A stretch of 64,000 bases of DNA from a virus. Positions 1 to 12,623 of this stretch are shown here, piece after piece; position 1 is the stretch's first letter, and each line of letters begins with the position of its first letter. Made by a program: the position numbers and the translations under genes. The notes under the pieces were generated by a model. That model ran no database searches and was not told the origin of the DNA. It saw only the letters and a program-made list of their open reading frames with translations. The stretch is from IMG/VR virus record IMGVR_UViG_3300045988_083782; one strand, 5' to 3'.

Positions 1-9
1 TTAGTTATA

Positions 10-55
10 AAGCAAGTTCGGAATAGTAACAATTCCGAAAGCAAGTTCGGAATAG
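10..55 (+). repeat. 17-nt direct repeat AAGCAAGTTCGGAATAG (10-26 and 39-55) around ATTCCGAA (32-39); allows two mutually exclusive 8-bp hairpins
   Basis: TTCGGAAT at 17-24 and 46-53 can each pair with ATTCCGAA at 32-39. Read directly from the sequence. Confidence 0.6.
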
Positions 56-185
56 ATTAATATCACTTCGTTTGCAGATCTCGATAAAATCGATATCTCA
101 AACGCCATGGTTATTACAGGTGATGTTGAATGCGATTACACACACTTAAATGGTGAAGTACTAGTAACAGGTTAGGTAACAGAGG

Positions 186-192
186 AAGGAGG
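186..192 (+). promoter_or_regulatory. Shine-Dalgarno-like AAGGAGG 5 nt upstream of the ATG at 198
   Basis: The sequence gaAAGGAGGtaactATG is nearly identical to the element at 5177-5183. Confidence 0.5.
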
Positions 193-197
193 TAACT

Positions 198-1238
198 ATG
201 CTTCCTAATTCTGGTATAACTACTACACTGGTTGCAAATGAATTAGGAGTAAGTACACACTCTGTATCATAGTTGTGTACTAGTTCTAACATAAATATAT
301 TTAGTAAATATAAACCAGTTAAATGGCCCTATACTAATGTAGATGGTGTTACTGATAGGTGGAGATCTGTAAATGGTAATTGTGGAATACTAGTCCCTGA
401 TGCTACGTCTCTTCCTTCATCAGGACCTATGGCTAAATGGTAGCACGATAAACCTAGAGGTGGATCAAGTGAACCATATAGACTTGGAGACTTTAGAGGT
501 TACAATCACAGTGCTCCCGCATTCTTTAAAATGTATCCCGACCCTGCTATGAGAAAAGGAGAAGCATTTAAGTGTTCTATAATGCAGAATCAAGCAGCTG
601 AAATCAATATCAAAGATATTAAAGTTTTATCACAAAGCTATATAGGAATAGTAGTACGTCATACATCTACAGGAGAATTGAGATTCGTTACTCTTACTAC
701 TGATGTAGCTAGTATGTCAGCTAATGAATACTTGTTATCTGTAGATATTCCTAAAAATTGGCCTAATGGGAATGTAGAAGTATACATGGTAGGGTCTATG
801 ATATCTGTTCCAACAGTATAGACAAGTATTGGTACTACTGTTAGATCGCTGAATTAGGAAGATGGTAATGAAGGTTATCGAGTATTTGTACTTAAAGACG
901 AAGAACCAGATAGATTCAGTGTAGATTATGATGTTGAACCAGGATCACTTCCAGGAGAGTATGAAATTACATTTAGTGTTACATCTATTAAGGGTACATT
1001 CTGGATGTATGATGTAACTATGGTTCTTTCATCTGAACCTGCTGGTAACGTAATTCCTATGGGTACTGTAACTAGTGGTGCTGGACCAGATGTTAATATT
1101 ATGACAGGACAAACCTATACATTCCCTCCATATACTGTACACGTTATAAATAGTAGTATTAATTCTTACGTCAATGTAGACCCAACATATCGTGGTACTG
1201 TAATTGGTGGATTTAGTATTCTATTTAGAGCTAAATAA
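198..1238 (+). CDS. Tail fibre / receptor-binding-like virion protein (TAG-recoded)
   Basis: ATG at 198 follows the SD-like site. Track ORFs 531-821 and 1005-1238 share frame 0 with it. In-frame TAGs lie at 270, 441, 819 and 855; the stop is TAA. The N-terminus (LVANELGVSTHSV.QLC..SNINIFSKYKP) and GGSSEPYRLGDFRGYNH resemble phage fibre N-termini, from memory. Confidence 0.75.
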
Positions 1239-1262
1239 AATAAATTTTAATCGATTAAAACA

Positions 1263-1574
1263 ATGAATAAACTAGACGTAACAAAAGAAATTAGACAAGT
1301 TACATATACTTACACGAGTGATAATCTTACTTTTGAAGGTACTTGTAATGTTGACTCAAAGAAGGCAGTATCTGACGTTAATGCTCAGGTGAGTGTTAAA
1401 CAAGGAGAAGCTCCTATGAATATTGGCAGTGTGTCAAGTAATGGTAGTACATCTATCAATATTTGGAACAGTGAATATAAAAGTTTGATTGACACTGTAG
1501 CTACTGCTTTCAAGTCATTGCAGACAGATTTGACTAATTACTATAATGTTCAAAGTGTTAGTGATATCTTATAA
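1263..1574 (+). CDS. Hypothetical virion protein
   Basis: Intact 103-aa ORF with a TAA stop, packed 24 nt after the previous gene. Confidence 0.65.
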   Translation: MNKLDVTKEIRQVTYTYTSDNLTFEGTCNVDSKKAVSDVNAQVSVKQGEAPMNIGSVSSNGSTSINIWNSEYKSLIDTVATAFKSLQTDLTNYYNVQSVSDIL

Positions 1575-1576
1575 TT

Positions 1577-2035
1577 ATGCAAGTAAGTTTTAGAGTAAGT
1601 CCTACAGCACCAAATCCTGCTGAGACTACATATTGGATTGATACTACTGATAACAATTACAAAGGTACTATCAAGTATTACAATGCCAATACAAAGAAAT
1701 GGGAGATAGTAAACGATAGTACCAATAGTCAACAAAATGAAGCTATTAAAGAACTTAGTACTGCACTTCAGGCAATACAAGCAACGGTAAGTACTTTGCA
1801 AAGAGATAAAGTAGACAAGGTATCTGGTAAAACTCTTAGCACTAATGACTATACTACAGATGAAAAGAACAAGTTAGCTGGCATTGCTGCACAAGCAAAC
1901 AAGACTAACATTGTTAATAACCTGACTACATCTGCTGCTGGTTCTGCATTAGATGCACAGCAAGGTAAAGTACTAAAAGATGCTCTTGATGCTTTAACAC
2001 AAAGAGTAACTGCTTTAGAAACACCAGCTGCATAA
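1577..2035 (+). CDS. Tail-fibre-like protein with a coiled coil and a GK.LS.NDYT..EK.KL motif
   Basis: 152-aa ORF. The motif KVDKVSGKTLSTNDYTTDEKNKLAGI is typical of phage tail fibre repeats. TAA stop followed by a terminator. Confidence 0.75.
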   Translation: MQVSFRVSPTAPNPAETTYWIDTTDNNYKGTIKYYNANTKKWEIVNDSTNSQQNEAIKELSTALQAIQATVSTLQRDKVDKVSGKTLSTNDYTTDEKNKLAGIAAQANKTNIVNNLTTSAAGSALDAQQGKVLKDALDALTQRVTALETPAA

Positions 2036-2066
2036 AATACGCTATTAGTACATACTGATATAGGAA

Positions 2067-2101
2067 AAGGGGTAGAAACATAATCTACCCCTTACCGTTT
2101 T
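2067..2101 (+). terminator. Rho-independent terminator
   Basis: AAGGGGTAGA (2067-2076) pairs with TCTACCCCTT (2084-2093), followed by accgTTTT. Confidence 0.7.
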
Positions 2102-2173
2102 ATAATTAGTATCAAAGATATTTCAGTCCTAATCTAACAGATTGGGATTTGTTTTTTAGCTAGAAACAAGTTT

Positions 2174-2809
2174 ATGTTGACATCAATAATTGAGAAACTA
2201 CCAGAAATAATATCATCTATAGCAGCTTTCGCAGCATTGTGGTTTACTTATAATCAATATACAAAGAATAAGATAACTGATTATAAAATTGAAAGTTGGA
2301 AGAAAGAGGAATCACAAAGGAATATAAAGAAAGCTGGAGATATAGCTACTATATATGGCGAACTATGGGAACTATTGCACTTTTTGAAAGCGGATAGAGT
2401 ATACATAATTCAGCCACATCCACTATATAAATCTCTATTTATCTCTGTTACTTTAGAAGTAAAGAGAAGTGATGTGTCTAGCGTGAAACCTCACCTGACA
2501 GATATTACTATCTCAACTATCGCGAAGTTCACTTCTGAATTAGCAAACAAAGATTACATATGGATTGACGACGTAGATAAGGAAGACATCGATAAAAAGA
2601 TGAAACAACTTATGCTTTACAATGGATGCAAGACATTGGCTATTCGTAGAATGACAGATGAAAATGATAACTGGATTGGCAACTTAGTTGTAAGTTATAC
2701 CAGAGGTTTTAATGAAGTAGATGTTACCAAAGACTTAGTAGATAAAATGACTAGATCGAGTGCACAGATGATCTAGTACTTATTACCAGAATACTAGGCA
2801 ACAAAATAA
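2174..2809 (+). CDS. Hypothetical membrane-anchored protein (accessory cargo between two transcription units)
   Basis: The track ORF 2174-2776 ends at TAG. With TAG read as sense it continues through a second TAG (2795) to TAA at 2807-2809. N-terminal hydrophobic helix; no motif recognised. Confidence 0.6.
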
Positions 2810-2899
2810 TTTCAGTGATAATGTATCACATAATGGCGTATTTTCAAATTTGATTTGTTAGTACGCCATTTTTATTTGCCTAGTTTAAAACTAACCATT

Positions 2900-3505
2900 A
2901 TGAATATATTCACAAAATTATTATTAGCAGCAGTGCTTGCATTAGGTCTTACTTGTGTATGGCAAGGTAATAAAATTAAGACACAAGATGCTCGTATATC
3001 TCAGATTTATAACAATTATAAATACTACGAATCGTAGTTCAACGGCACTGAAAAAGAAAATAGAGTCTTATAGCTTACAGTTAATGAATTAAAACTAAGT
3101 AAAGATAGCTTAGTGTAGGCAGTAAATAAGGCTAAGAAAGAATTAAAGGTCAAAGACCAGAATCTCAAAGAGGCTCACGTAATCAATACAGAAATGAAAG
3201 ACACAACTACAGTTAAAATAATAACTAAGGAGGTTGACTTTACTAAAGAGTTAAAGCTTAATTCATTGACAACCATCACGGTTAGCCGAAAAGATTCAAT
3301 CTTAACAACTATACTTGACTTAAAGAATCAGTAGATCCTTATTGTTGAAGAGAAAAAAGAATATCGTAACAAGTATAAAAATGGCTGGTAGAGATTCTGG
3401 CACTTTGACTGGAAAAAAGATAAAGTACAAAAATATCAAATTAAGAACACAAATGATCTTATCAAAGTAACAGATACCAGAGTTATCAAAATGACAGACA
3501 AATAA
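2900..3505 (+). CDS. Signal-anchored coiled-coil protein (spanin-like?), TAG-recoded
   Basis: ATG at 2900 gives MNIFTKLLLAAVLALGLTCVW. Frame 2 stays open through 5 in-frame TAGs to TAA at 3503-3505. The rest is Lys/Glu-rich coiled coil. Confidence 0.6.
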
Positions 3506-3547
3506 TAGAAATAACCCTATTATTAAACTTATTAATCAATAATAAAT

Positions 3548-4159
3548 ATGCATAGACTATTCCGTATTAAGGCTTATGAAGCCGAACATGGTCCTCACTT
3601 TGACGAGGAAATGGCTCGTAAAGCAGTAAGCAAGATGGAAAATGAAGATGGCTCTAGAGGTCAACATTGGTCAATAGAAGAAACCACTTCGTTAGCCAAT
3701 CAGCACGGCATACGTATGGATGAAAAATTCAATAAGTATGACTGGTATGTTGCATTAAATATGGTATACTCAGACTATTACAGAGTAATAGTTAACATGA
3801 CAAATTCTAATAACCCTAAACACTTTGTTGAGCTTGCAAAAGCTTGGATGTGCGATAAGGATATAGAGGAAGGCAAAATGTGGTACTACTATGTATACAT
3901 AATGTGTGACAAAATCAGAAATGCTGAAGAGGAACTTTACGAGAGAGAATATGGCAGACGTCACAAGGAAGACGATGACGATGACGACGAATACGAATAT
4001 CATGGAATGATGCGTAGAGGCGGAAGAAGGTCAGGTATGACGGGTAGACGTTCTGAGTATAATTACGATCGTGATTACGAAAGAGAAGAAAGAAATCGTG
4101 AATACGAACCATATTCGGAATATGGGCATGGACGTTCAATTCGCTATGTTCGTTTTTAA
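3548..4159 (+). CDS. Hypothetical protein with an acidic/Arg-Tyr-rich low-complexity C-terminus
   Basis: Intact 203-aa ORF with a TAA stop. Contains a DDDDDDEYEY run and RRGGRRSGMTGRR. Confidence 0.65.
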   Translation: MHRLFRIKAYEAEHGPHFDEEMARKAVSKMENEDGSRGQHWSIEETTSLANQHGIRMDEKFNKYDWYVALNMVYSDYYRVIVNMTNSNNPKHFVELAKAWMCDKDIEEGKMWYYYVYIMCDKIRNAEEELYEREYGRRHKEDDDDDDEYEYHGMMRRGGRRSGMTGRRSEYNYDRDYEREERNREYEPYSEYGHGRSIRYVRF

Positions 4160-4194
4160 TCAAAACTTAAAAATCAATTTTAAAATAATCAATT

Positions 4195-5172
4195 ATGTTA
4201 GGTGAAGAAAAAATTATTGTACAGGATCGCGGTATCGATGCAGGTATTGCAGCACTGATGCAGAATGCTAACAAAGGTAACATGGACCCCGCAGCTCTTA
4301 TGGCTATGATGAATAACAACTACGGATTCGGTGGTAACGGAGCTTGGTGGATTTGGATTATCCTCCTGTTCTTCTGCTGGGGTGGATTTGGTGGTAATGG
4401 ATTCGGTAGAGGCGCTAACGATGCCAGCAGACTTGCTTCTGAACTGAATACTGACGCTAATACAAACTTGCTAATGCAAGCAATTAATGGTAATAAAGAA
4501 GCTATCAGCTCTCTGTCTAATACACTGAATTGTGACTTTAACTCAGTGACTGCTGCTTTGAACAGCATTAATAGTGGTGTTAGTAAGATCTCTTGTGATG
4601 TGAAATTATCAAGCTGTGAAGTTATTAATGCTATTACTTCTGGTAATGCTGCTTTAGCTTCTAAGCTCGCTGAATGTTGCTGCAACACGCAACGTTCTAT
4701 TGACAGTGTAAACTTGAATCTTACTAAGATGGGTTATGAAGATCAGTTGGCTATGTGTAACTAGACCAATACTCTGGTAAACACTATGAATCAGAATACA
4801 CTGAGCTTACGTGATTCTAACTTAGCTAATACTCAGGCTATACTTCAGAAGATCGATAACTTTGAGAATATTTATCGTCAAGATAAGATGGATAGACTGA
4901 CTTCTGAAAATCTTGCTCTGAAGGGACAGATCTCTCAGGCTAATCAGAATCAGTATATTGCTGCAACAGTACAGGCTAACACTGCACCGATTGTTAATCG
5001 TCTGAACTCATTGCAAAGTGATGTAGATGGTATTAAGTGTAAGTTGCCTAATACAGTAAGTGTACCGTATCCTCAATTAGCAGTTTACAATCCTGAAATC
5101 GCACGTGCTGCTGCATATGGTGCATTTGCAGGTGAAAATTATGGATTGAATACTCAGTGCGGTTGTTGCTAA
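4195..5172 (+). CDS. Cys-rich membrane protein (TAG-recoded)
   Basis: Track ORFs 4195-4764 and 4786-5172 are both frame 1, joined by one TAG (4762). Has a Gly/Trp-rich TM segment WWIWIILLFFCWGGFGG, multiple Cys and a C-terminal GCC. TAA stop. Confidence 0.7.
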
Positions 5173-5176
5173 TAGA

Positions 5177-5183
5177 AAGGAGG
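5177..5183 (+). promoter_or_regulatory. Shine-Dalgarno-like AAGGAGG 5 nt upstream of the ATG at 5189
   Basis: The sequence gaAAGGAGGtaattATG matches the element at 186-192. Confidence 0.5.
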
Positions 5184-5188
5184 TAATT

Positions 5189-5629
5189 ATGTATCCTTTT
5201 TATAATACGAACCAAAGATTATTTCCGTTTCCTTTCTTTCCATTTCCCGGAACAGGATTCAATCGGAGACGTAGATTAAATAGAATATCTGGTATACCAG
5301 TACTTAAAACTACAGGTGTTACCGCTTCAACTACTGAAGTAAGATATGACGTTAATGAAGCAGAATGGAGAGCACTTCCAAATGAAGGCCTTTTCTTCTT
5401 AGATGTAAGACAAGAAGTTCCTACTGCTAGTGCAGATCTTCCAGTAGCTCTTGAAGCTGGAGAACCTACTCCAGCTGGTACTTCTATGTTACGTAGTGCG
5501 TTAGCAGGAGACGTATAGGCAGGTGATTTGAAGATGACAATTAGATATATGATATACTATAATAAGTGTACTAAGACATATCAGTTAGTCAATTCTTATC
5601 CTGCTAATACTCCTACAGCTACTACATAA
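5189..5629 (+). CDS. Hypothetical virion protein (TAG-recoded)
   Basis: The track ORF ends at TAG 5516; the frame continues to TAA at 5627-5629. Confidence 0.6.
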
Positions 5630-5640
5630 GTTTAAACAAA

Positions 5641-5663
5641 GGGCTCCCTTAAAAAAGGAGCCC
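5641..5663. terminator. GC-rich hairpin GGGCTCC/GGAGCCC; the T-tract lies on the (-) side only
   Basis: 7-bp stem with a 9-nt loop. On the (+) strand it is followed by AAAAA; on the (-) strand by TTTGTTT. Confidence 0.4.
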
Positions 5664-5680
5664 AAAAACTTATATTTGTT

Positions 5681-6241
5681 ATGATGTTCAATGAATTAAA
5701 AACAGGAGATAATGTCTATATAGTAGAAGTTCTGGGAACTTTCAAAAAGAATACTAGCTACAGTGTTGGTACAGTCAGTTCTGTTTCAAACGTGTATGAT
5801 GAAGCTCTTCCTCAAGGCTAGTTTTAGATGCCTGGACAAACAAGAAAGAGATTAGTGGATGTCGTTATTACCAGCGACGGAGAATCAAAAAAGTTCACAG
5901 TCCCAGTCGATAGATCCATTATTAGTGACAGTTCTATTGGGCTTACTATTTCCACAAATAAAAACGAAATAGTCAAGATCATCCAAGATCAATACAATAT
6001 TTACAAAGCTAAAAAAGACTCTATCGCTAAATGTGATGAAGAGATGAAAAGATGTCAAGACCTACTTGATAAGTTAGATATTAAACCTGAAGAAAAAGAA
6101 GATCCTCGAATAAAGGAGCTTTAGAATGAAGTCAGTGAATTAAAGAATATTATAAAGCAAGCAAGTCAGATGGTTCCAGCACCAATGAAATAGATGCTAC
6201 CACAGGATATGCAAAATGCTATGAACGAGGCTAGTCATTAA
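5681..6241 (+). CDS. Hypothetical protein (TAG-recoded)
   Basis: ATG 5681 and track ORF 5828-6124 are both frame 2. There are 4 in-frame TAGs. The TAA at 6239-6241 sits in the terminator loop. Confidence 0.65.
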
Positions 6242-6256
6242 GACTAGCCTTTTTTA
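6229..6256 (+). terminator. Rho-independent terminator
   Basis: GGCTAGTC (6229-6236) pairs with GACTAGCC (6242-6249), followed by TTTTTT. Confidence 0.8.
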
Positions 6257-6381
6257 TTGCCCATTTCCTTGCCTTTAAAGAAGAGCTATTACACCATGTG
6301 TGCAATTGTATACCCTATAGCAGAAAGTGCGTAAAAAAGGCTAAGAATGCGTTTTATTTAGATAACGTTATATTTGAAAAG

Positions 6382-7032
6382 ATGAAATTAAATACATTAA
6401 ACACTATAGTGGATGATATACTATTAATATTGAGAAATAGTACCATTGGAGAATCTGAACATATAAGTAGGATTCAGATAGAACAATGGATACATCAATA
6501 TAGAGCATATCTAATAAGATAGGAGATAGATAAAGGTTATGACATAAATAATATGTATGTAACTACTATTCCTATGGTACACTTAGATAAAGTAGAAGAT
6601 ACTCCTGGACACTTTTTATATCAGTCTGAGTATGAACTACCTAAACTAATTCAGTTTCATAAAAGACCAGGACTTATCTTTGTGAAAGATATGTATGGCA
6701 ACCTAATCTAGATAGGTGATGAAACTAAAGCTAAAGCATAGAAGTATCGTAAGTATACTTGCAAAGATTATATTTGCTGGGTAAAGAATAATCGTATATA
6801 CTTAGATGGAGATAGTAATCAATTAGAGTATATTACTATTGGTATTATACCTGAGAATCCTGCTGATGTAGCAGATTGCTTTGATCCTAATGCTCCATAT
6901 CCGGCTCCAGCACACATGATACCTACAATCAAAGATTTAATCTTTAGTAAAGAACTTAGGATTATGCCTCAGATGCCATCTGACGATACTAACAATTCAC
7001 AAGATAATACATAGAATATATATAAGAAATAA
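6382..7032 (+). CDS. Virion structural protein (TAG-recoded), function unknown
   Basis: ATG 6382 in frame 1, with 4 in-frame TAGs and TAA at 7030-7032. The product begins MKLNTLNTIVDD...QIEQWIHQYRAYLIR-TAG-EID. Confidence 0.65.
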
Positions 7033-7499
7033 TGTAGACTGAAAAACTTAACTACAACAGAAAATCTTACACTATTGCAGACTATTATGTAAGCTACAAG
7101 AACTATATAGAATAGGATACAGTATATGATATACCCTATTCTACTTTTAGAAATATAGTATCTGATTACTTTAAATATATTCAATAGGAAGTAATAGAAG
7201 GTAGTAAAGAGTTTAAGTTGCCATGTCGGTTAGGTACGCTATGTATTGTGAAGAGATAGCCTAAGAATTTTGATAGTAAAAGCTTAAGAATAGATTATCA
7301 CGAAAGTAAAGTACAAGGTAAGATAGTATACTTCTTAAATGAACACTCAAACTTTTTTAAATTCAGGTTACACTGGTCAAAGAAAGAGTCACTACTTACT
7401 AATAAAACTAAATATTAGTTTATACTTACTAGAGCAAATAAGAGAAGACTTGCTCAGATAATCAAGAATAAAGAGCATGATTATATTGAAATAACTTAA
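7032..7499 (+). CDS. Hypothetical protein (TAG-recoded)
   Basis: The ATG overlaps the previous TAA (taATG). Frame 0 has 5 in-frame TAGs, including codon 2. TAA at 7497-7499. Confidence 0.55.
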
Positions 7500-7521
7500 C
7501 TAGCCGCTAAAAGATTAAACT

Positions 7522-8430
7522 ATGATAAATAACAATTTAATAAGTTCAAAAGCGGTTGTAGCTAAAATCATTGCTGATAATGACATGTCTGAAGATGATA
7601 TCAGAATATCTGACATCAAAGAGTGGATAGGTGAGGCAATGGAAAAGATTGGTGCTGTACAATAGCTCGAACATAAAGTAGTAGTATTACCTGTTAACTG
7701 CCATTAGACTAAGTTACCATGTGATCTATATAGATTAGACTAGGTTGCTTTTTCATTCAGCAACTCAAGCTGGTTACCTATGCGAAAGGCAACTGGCTCT
7801 TTTGGTATAAATACTTGTGGTACTTGTAATGACCCAAAGATGTTAATACAAGATGAACCACTGATTATACTAGTAAAAAACTTATACAATTTAACTAGTG
7901 ATAAAGAAGCATTAGATATACTTAATTCTTCACCTAATACTAGACAAACACTTAGTGCTTTACTTAATCAATATACTGTGCCTACTGTTAATGGTAAGTA
8001 TGTAGGTTATGATAGTAACTTTATCAGTAATGCATTACAATATACAACTAAACCGGGTTATATTATGACTAATATACCTAACGGCTTTGTTAAAATATCG
8101 TATCATGCAATACCTACTGATGACGAAAGTATGCCAATGATACCAGATAATCCTTCATACTCTGAAGCTATCTATTGGTATGTTACTATGAAGCTAGAGT
8201 TTCCTAACTATAAGACTGGTAAAACTCCTAGATATGTGTACTATGATATTAAGAACTCTTGGAACTTCTATAGGAAACAAGCATACGCAGAAGCAATGAT
8301 GCCTGGTGTAGATGAAATGCAGAGTATACAAAATAGCTGGCTTAGAATATATCCAGAGATAGACGAGCATGATACATTCTTTGATACACTTGGAGATAAA
8401 CAAATAATATACAATTAGAATAGAGTATGA
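7522..8430 (+). CDS. Virion structural protein (TAG-recoded)
   Basis: ATG 7522 and track ORF 7780-8418 are both frame 1. There are 4 in-frame TAGs. The TGA at 8428-8430 forms an ATGA overlap with the next gene. Confidence 0.7.
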
Positions 8431-11400
8431 CCAATACATTTCAAACAAATAGCTTTACATCAGGCATGAATATGGATGTCGATGTGAATCTTATAAAGGA
8501 TAATCAGTACCGTTATGCTGAGAATGTTAGGATCATAACTAATGATAATGGTACTACTGGAGCACTACAAGGTATTGAAGGAGTTAGAAAATACAATGGT
8601 AATATTACTAACGATGAAGTGGTAATAGGTGCAACTACAATTGATAAGATGGCGATCATATTCACTAAAGTAATAGTGAATGGCAACTATTCGCACAATA
8701 AAGTATATAGAGTTGAAGGTTTTGATGATTCTACTCCTAAACAAACAGTAGTATTACAAGGTGACTTAAAGCTCTGCGAATATCCAAATGAAACTAATAT
8801 CAGCTGTGTTGCTAACTATGAAACTGATACTAACATTAAAGTATACTTTACAGATGGCAAAAGTGCTACTAAAGTAATTAATGTAGTAGATGGTAAATAT
8901 ACTGGTACAAGTGCTACTAATCCATTAGTAGATTCTAAAGGATGGATCAAAACTCCAAATGCTATTGACATTACTCCGGGAGCAGTTCTTCCTCCTTTCA
9001 AAATCATTAGACAAGATGGAGGTAACTTGGCATCAGGAGTAATCCAATATTGTTACCAATTATTTAATATACACGGCTCAGAAAGTACTTTATCTTCTCT
9101 TAGTGAGCTTAATCACTTAACAGCTAGTGTTACTACTTAGACAGCACAATAGTATGAAGGAATGGGCTAGAATGTAAGTTCTGGTAAATCCTGTGTACTT
9201 AAAGCTCCTCTAGTTAGTAAAGACTATTAGAAGTGTAGAGTAATAAGTTTATCTTATACTAACAACAATCAACCTCCTAGAATATTTATAGTAGATGAAA
9301 TAGATTTAGTTCCTACTCAATCTGAAATCAACTATATAGATAATGGTAACACTATTATTGGAGAGTTAAGTGTTGAAGAGTTTAATGCATTAACTGGTTA
9401 TCAGTTCATAGCTAAGACTCTTACTCGTATGGATAATAGATTGTTTGCAGCTAATATTCAAGAAGATAGTTGGAATCCTAAGTATGATGCAAGAGCATAC
9501 CGATGTAATAAAGCGGGTACTTTGGTATTACATTCTGCAAATAGTGCTGAAAACATAAGTAAGGTATTACCAACAGATGCTACAGAGTTGAAGCAATTCT
9601 ACGACTCTATACCTGAAAGTCATGACTGTATTAATCCTTTTAATACTACTAAGAGCGTAGATTTTAATGATACAAATAGATATGAATATAGTAATATCAA
9701 ATCTGGTAGTAACAGGTTAAGAGGAGGTAGCGGACCAAATATTGACTATACTTTTGTAACTACTGATTTCAAACTAGATGAAATGGTAGGTAAAGGACAG
9801 TCTGTTGCATCTCAAGACTCAGTTGGTATTAAATGCGCACCTGAAAACATAAGTCAGGTTGTTTTATATAATGCAGATACTAGGTCTCAAGAAGTAGTAC
9901 AAGCTTTGCCTGCACCGGGAGTACGATTACCTAATTATGCTGATCCATACTTAGCTGCTAACTATAGAAGCTATCAGAGAGATGAAGTATACAGATTTGG
10001 TATTGTGTTCTATAATGAAAAAAATATACCGAGTCCTGTACACTGGATTGGTGATATTAGATTCCCACATTCTGTGGAATGCCCAGCATTCGCAGCAGGT
10101 AGTTCTAATTTACAAGCTAGACCATTAGGTATTAAATTCCAAGTAAGAAATGTGCCAGCAGGATGTACTTCATTTGAAATTGTACGATGTGACAGAACTG
10201 AAGCAGATAGAACCATCTTAATGCAAGCAGCTATGTCTATTGTTGGTAATATGTCAGCATCTGATGATACTGGTGAATTAGGAGGTAGTACGGATGTAAG
10301 ACCTTATCTGTTTCTTACTTATCAAGCGGGTGATCTAACAGCTGTTGGTTTCAATGGTACTGATAGAGTACGTAATGCATTCTTACCTAATAATCAAGTA
10401 CAATCTGATTATGTTACTCTTATCTCACCAGAGATATCCTTTATGCAAGATAAGATAGAACAGTCATTCAAAGGTCAACCTACATATGTAGAATCTTTGT
10501 ATGGGTTAGTATCTCAATTCGATGCGGTAGGTGGTAAGCCACGTATTATGATGAATGCTCTTAAGGTAAGAGATACAGATCCTAATGCTGGTGAATTAAC
10601 TAAAGTAAATAAGATAGGAATTGTAACAGATGGATCTGATGGTGCAGTAGGTGTGTTAGTAGATGATACTTCTAAAGCTGGACAAGAAAGTGCTAGTAGT
10701 AGATATGCTTTAAGTTCTGGTATTAGTAAATATTATAGATTACAAAGTTCTGGCAACGGATCTGCATATGGTAGGAAACAAGCTTACATTACTGATGTTA
10801 AGTATCCTCCTATGGCTCCATATAATTCTATCAATGATAAATCACCATACTATGTGAACATTGGTAATATTGCATACTTGAACATGGGCCTTACTAACTT
10901 CCAGTATGCTTTACCTAGAGAGAATACTAGTGATAAATCTGGACCATTTGGACCATGTTTAATTGCATATATTCCTGGAGTTACTTCTGCTATACCTAGA
11001 TTTAGTTCTATTGGTGATGGATCTTCTACTCTAGATTCTGCATATACTCGTAATGCTATACCTGTAGTTAATATAAAGAAAGACGGTAGTCAATATGGAG
11101 GTAATACATTTACTTCTAGACAGAACTCTATCTATATATCTACTAATTCATATAGTAATGATATATCTGGTATTACACATACTCTATATACTTTTGGTGG
11201 TGATACTTACTTGTGTCTATTGGATCAACCTTTGACTATGATCTTCTAGAAGAAAGATCCTCAGGATTGGGATGATTACAAGATGTTCACGGCTGCATAT
11301 ATACCATTTGAATCAAGTATTAACTTGAATTTAGCATATGGTGATGCAGTACACAGAAGCTTTAGAAGTGGCGATAACTTCCTTGATATCTTTACTTAGA

Positions 11401-12623
11401 TAGAACCGGGTCAGTTAGGTGCATATCATGTACAGGATAGACCATACTTCGCTTATAATCCTACTTACTCTTCACAGCCGGGTAGTAGAAAGTATATATC
11501 AGCTTCTATATATGCAGAGAATAATGTAGTTACATCTAATCGTATTGCTTGTTCTGAAGCTAAAACTAACAATGAAATACTTGACAATTGGACTAAGTTC
11601 AAATTTGCCAACTATTTAGATGTAGATAATAAGTATGGCTAGATTACTAATCTAACATCATTCAAAGATAGATTGTTCTTCTGGTAGGATACTGCACTAG
11701 GTATTGCTTCTGTAAATGAAAGATCTCTTATTCAAGATAATAATGTAGGTCAGTTAACATTAGGTACAGGCGGTATTCTTACAAGGGCTGATTATTTAAC
11801 TAATACAAATGGTTCATCTATAGTAAATGATAGAAGTATAGTACACTCTGATAACGTATTATATTGGTACGACTTTGATAAGAATGAAATATGTGCTTAC
11901 ACTGGACAAGTATCATAGATCTCTAAAGAGAAAGGTGTATAGACTTATCTTAATGAAATGTATGTGAATAAGCGTAATGTAAGCTTAGCGTTCTATGATA
12001 AGAAGTACAATGAAGTATGGTTTAAGTTCTATGACAAATCATTGATATTCAATGAACAGTTAGGTCAATTTACTTCATTCTATACATTTAATCCTCAGTG
12101 GGCTCTACCATTCTCTAATAAGATTGTAACTATTAAAGATAACTTCTACTATGTGATTAATACTCTAGATATAGATGGAATACTTCCTGAAACTAAGATT
12201 GCTAAAGTACAATTCTATGTAAACAAGGATACTCTATATACTAAAGTATTTGATAATGTATTCTTTGGTGGAGAATTCAATGACCCTAGTACAGCAGACA
12301 ATCTAACTGCTATGAATAACATAGTAACTAATATTACATTCCATACTAAGGGTCAAGAAGCTAATCCATTACCACCATGTACATATGATAGCACAGTAAA
12401 CACTGATCTTAAGTATGCATATGATTACAGAGAAGATACATATAGATTTGCTATAGGTAGAGAGAACATAAATTTGAGTGATACACAACAGATTGAGAAT
12501 AAAGCAAATGCTGGTAGATTGAGAGGTAAATGGTTACAGTGTGAGTATGTATTCGACTGTAATAATGATAAGACCTTTAAATTACCATACGTTAATACAA
12601 CATATAGATATTCACTAGTATAA
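8427..12623 (+). CDS. Large tail protein (stabilisation / tail-tubular-like), about 1398 codons, TAG-recoded
   Basis: Track ORFs 8427-9140, 9429-11249 and 11958-12623 are all frame 0. The gaps contain only TAG stops (about 10). N-terminal FTSGMNMDVD...YRYAENVR and internal DRLFFW-TAG-DTALG resemble podovirus tail stabilisation proteins, from memory. Confidence 0.8.

Noticed and set aside
1-60. Possible 3' end of an upstream (+) gene (frame 1 open to TAA at 58-60)
   Set aside because: Only 19 codons are visible, and they coincide with the direct/inverted repeat. There is too little evidence to call a CDS.
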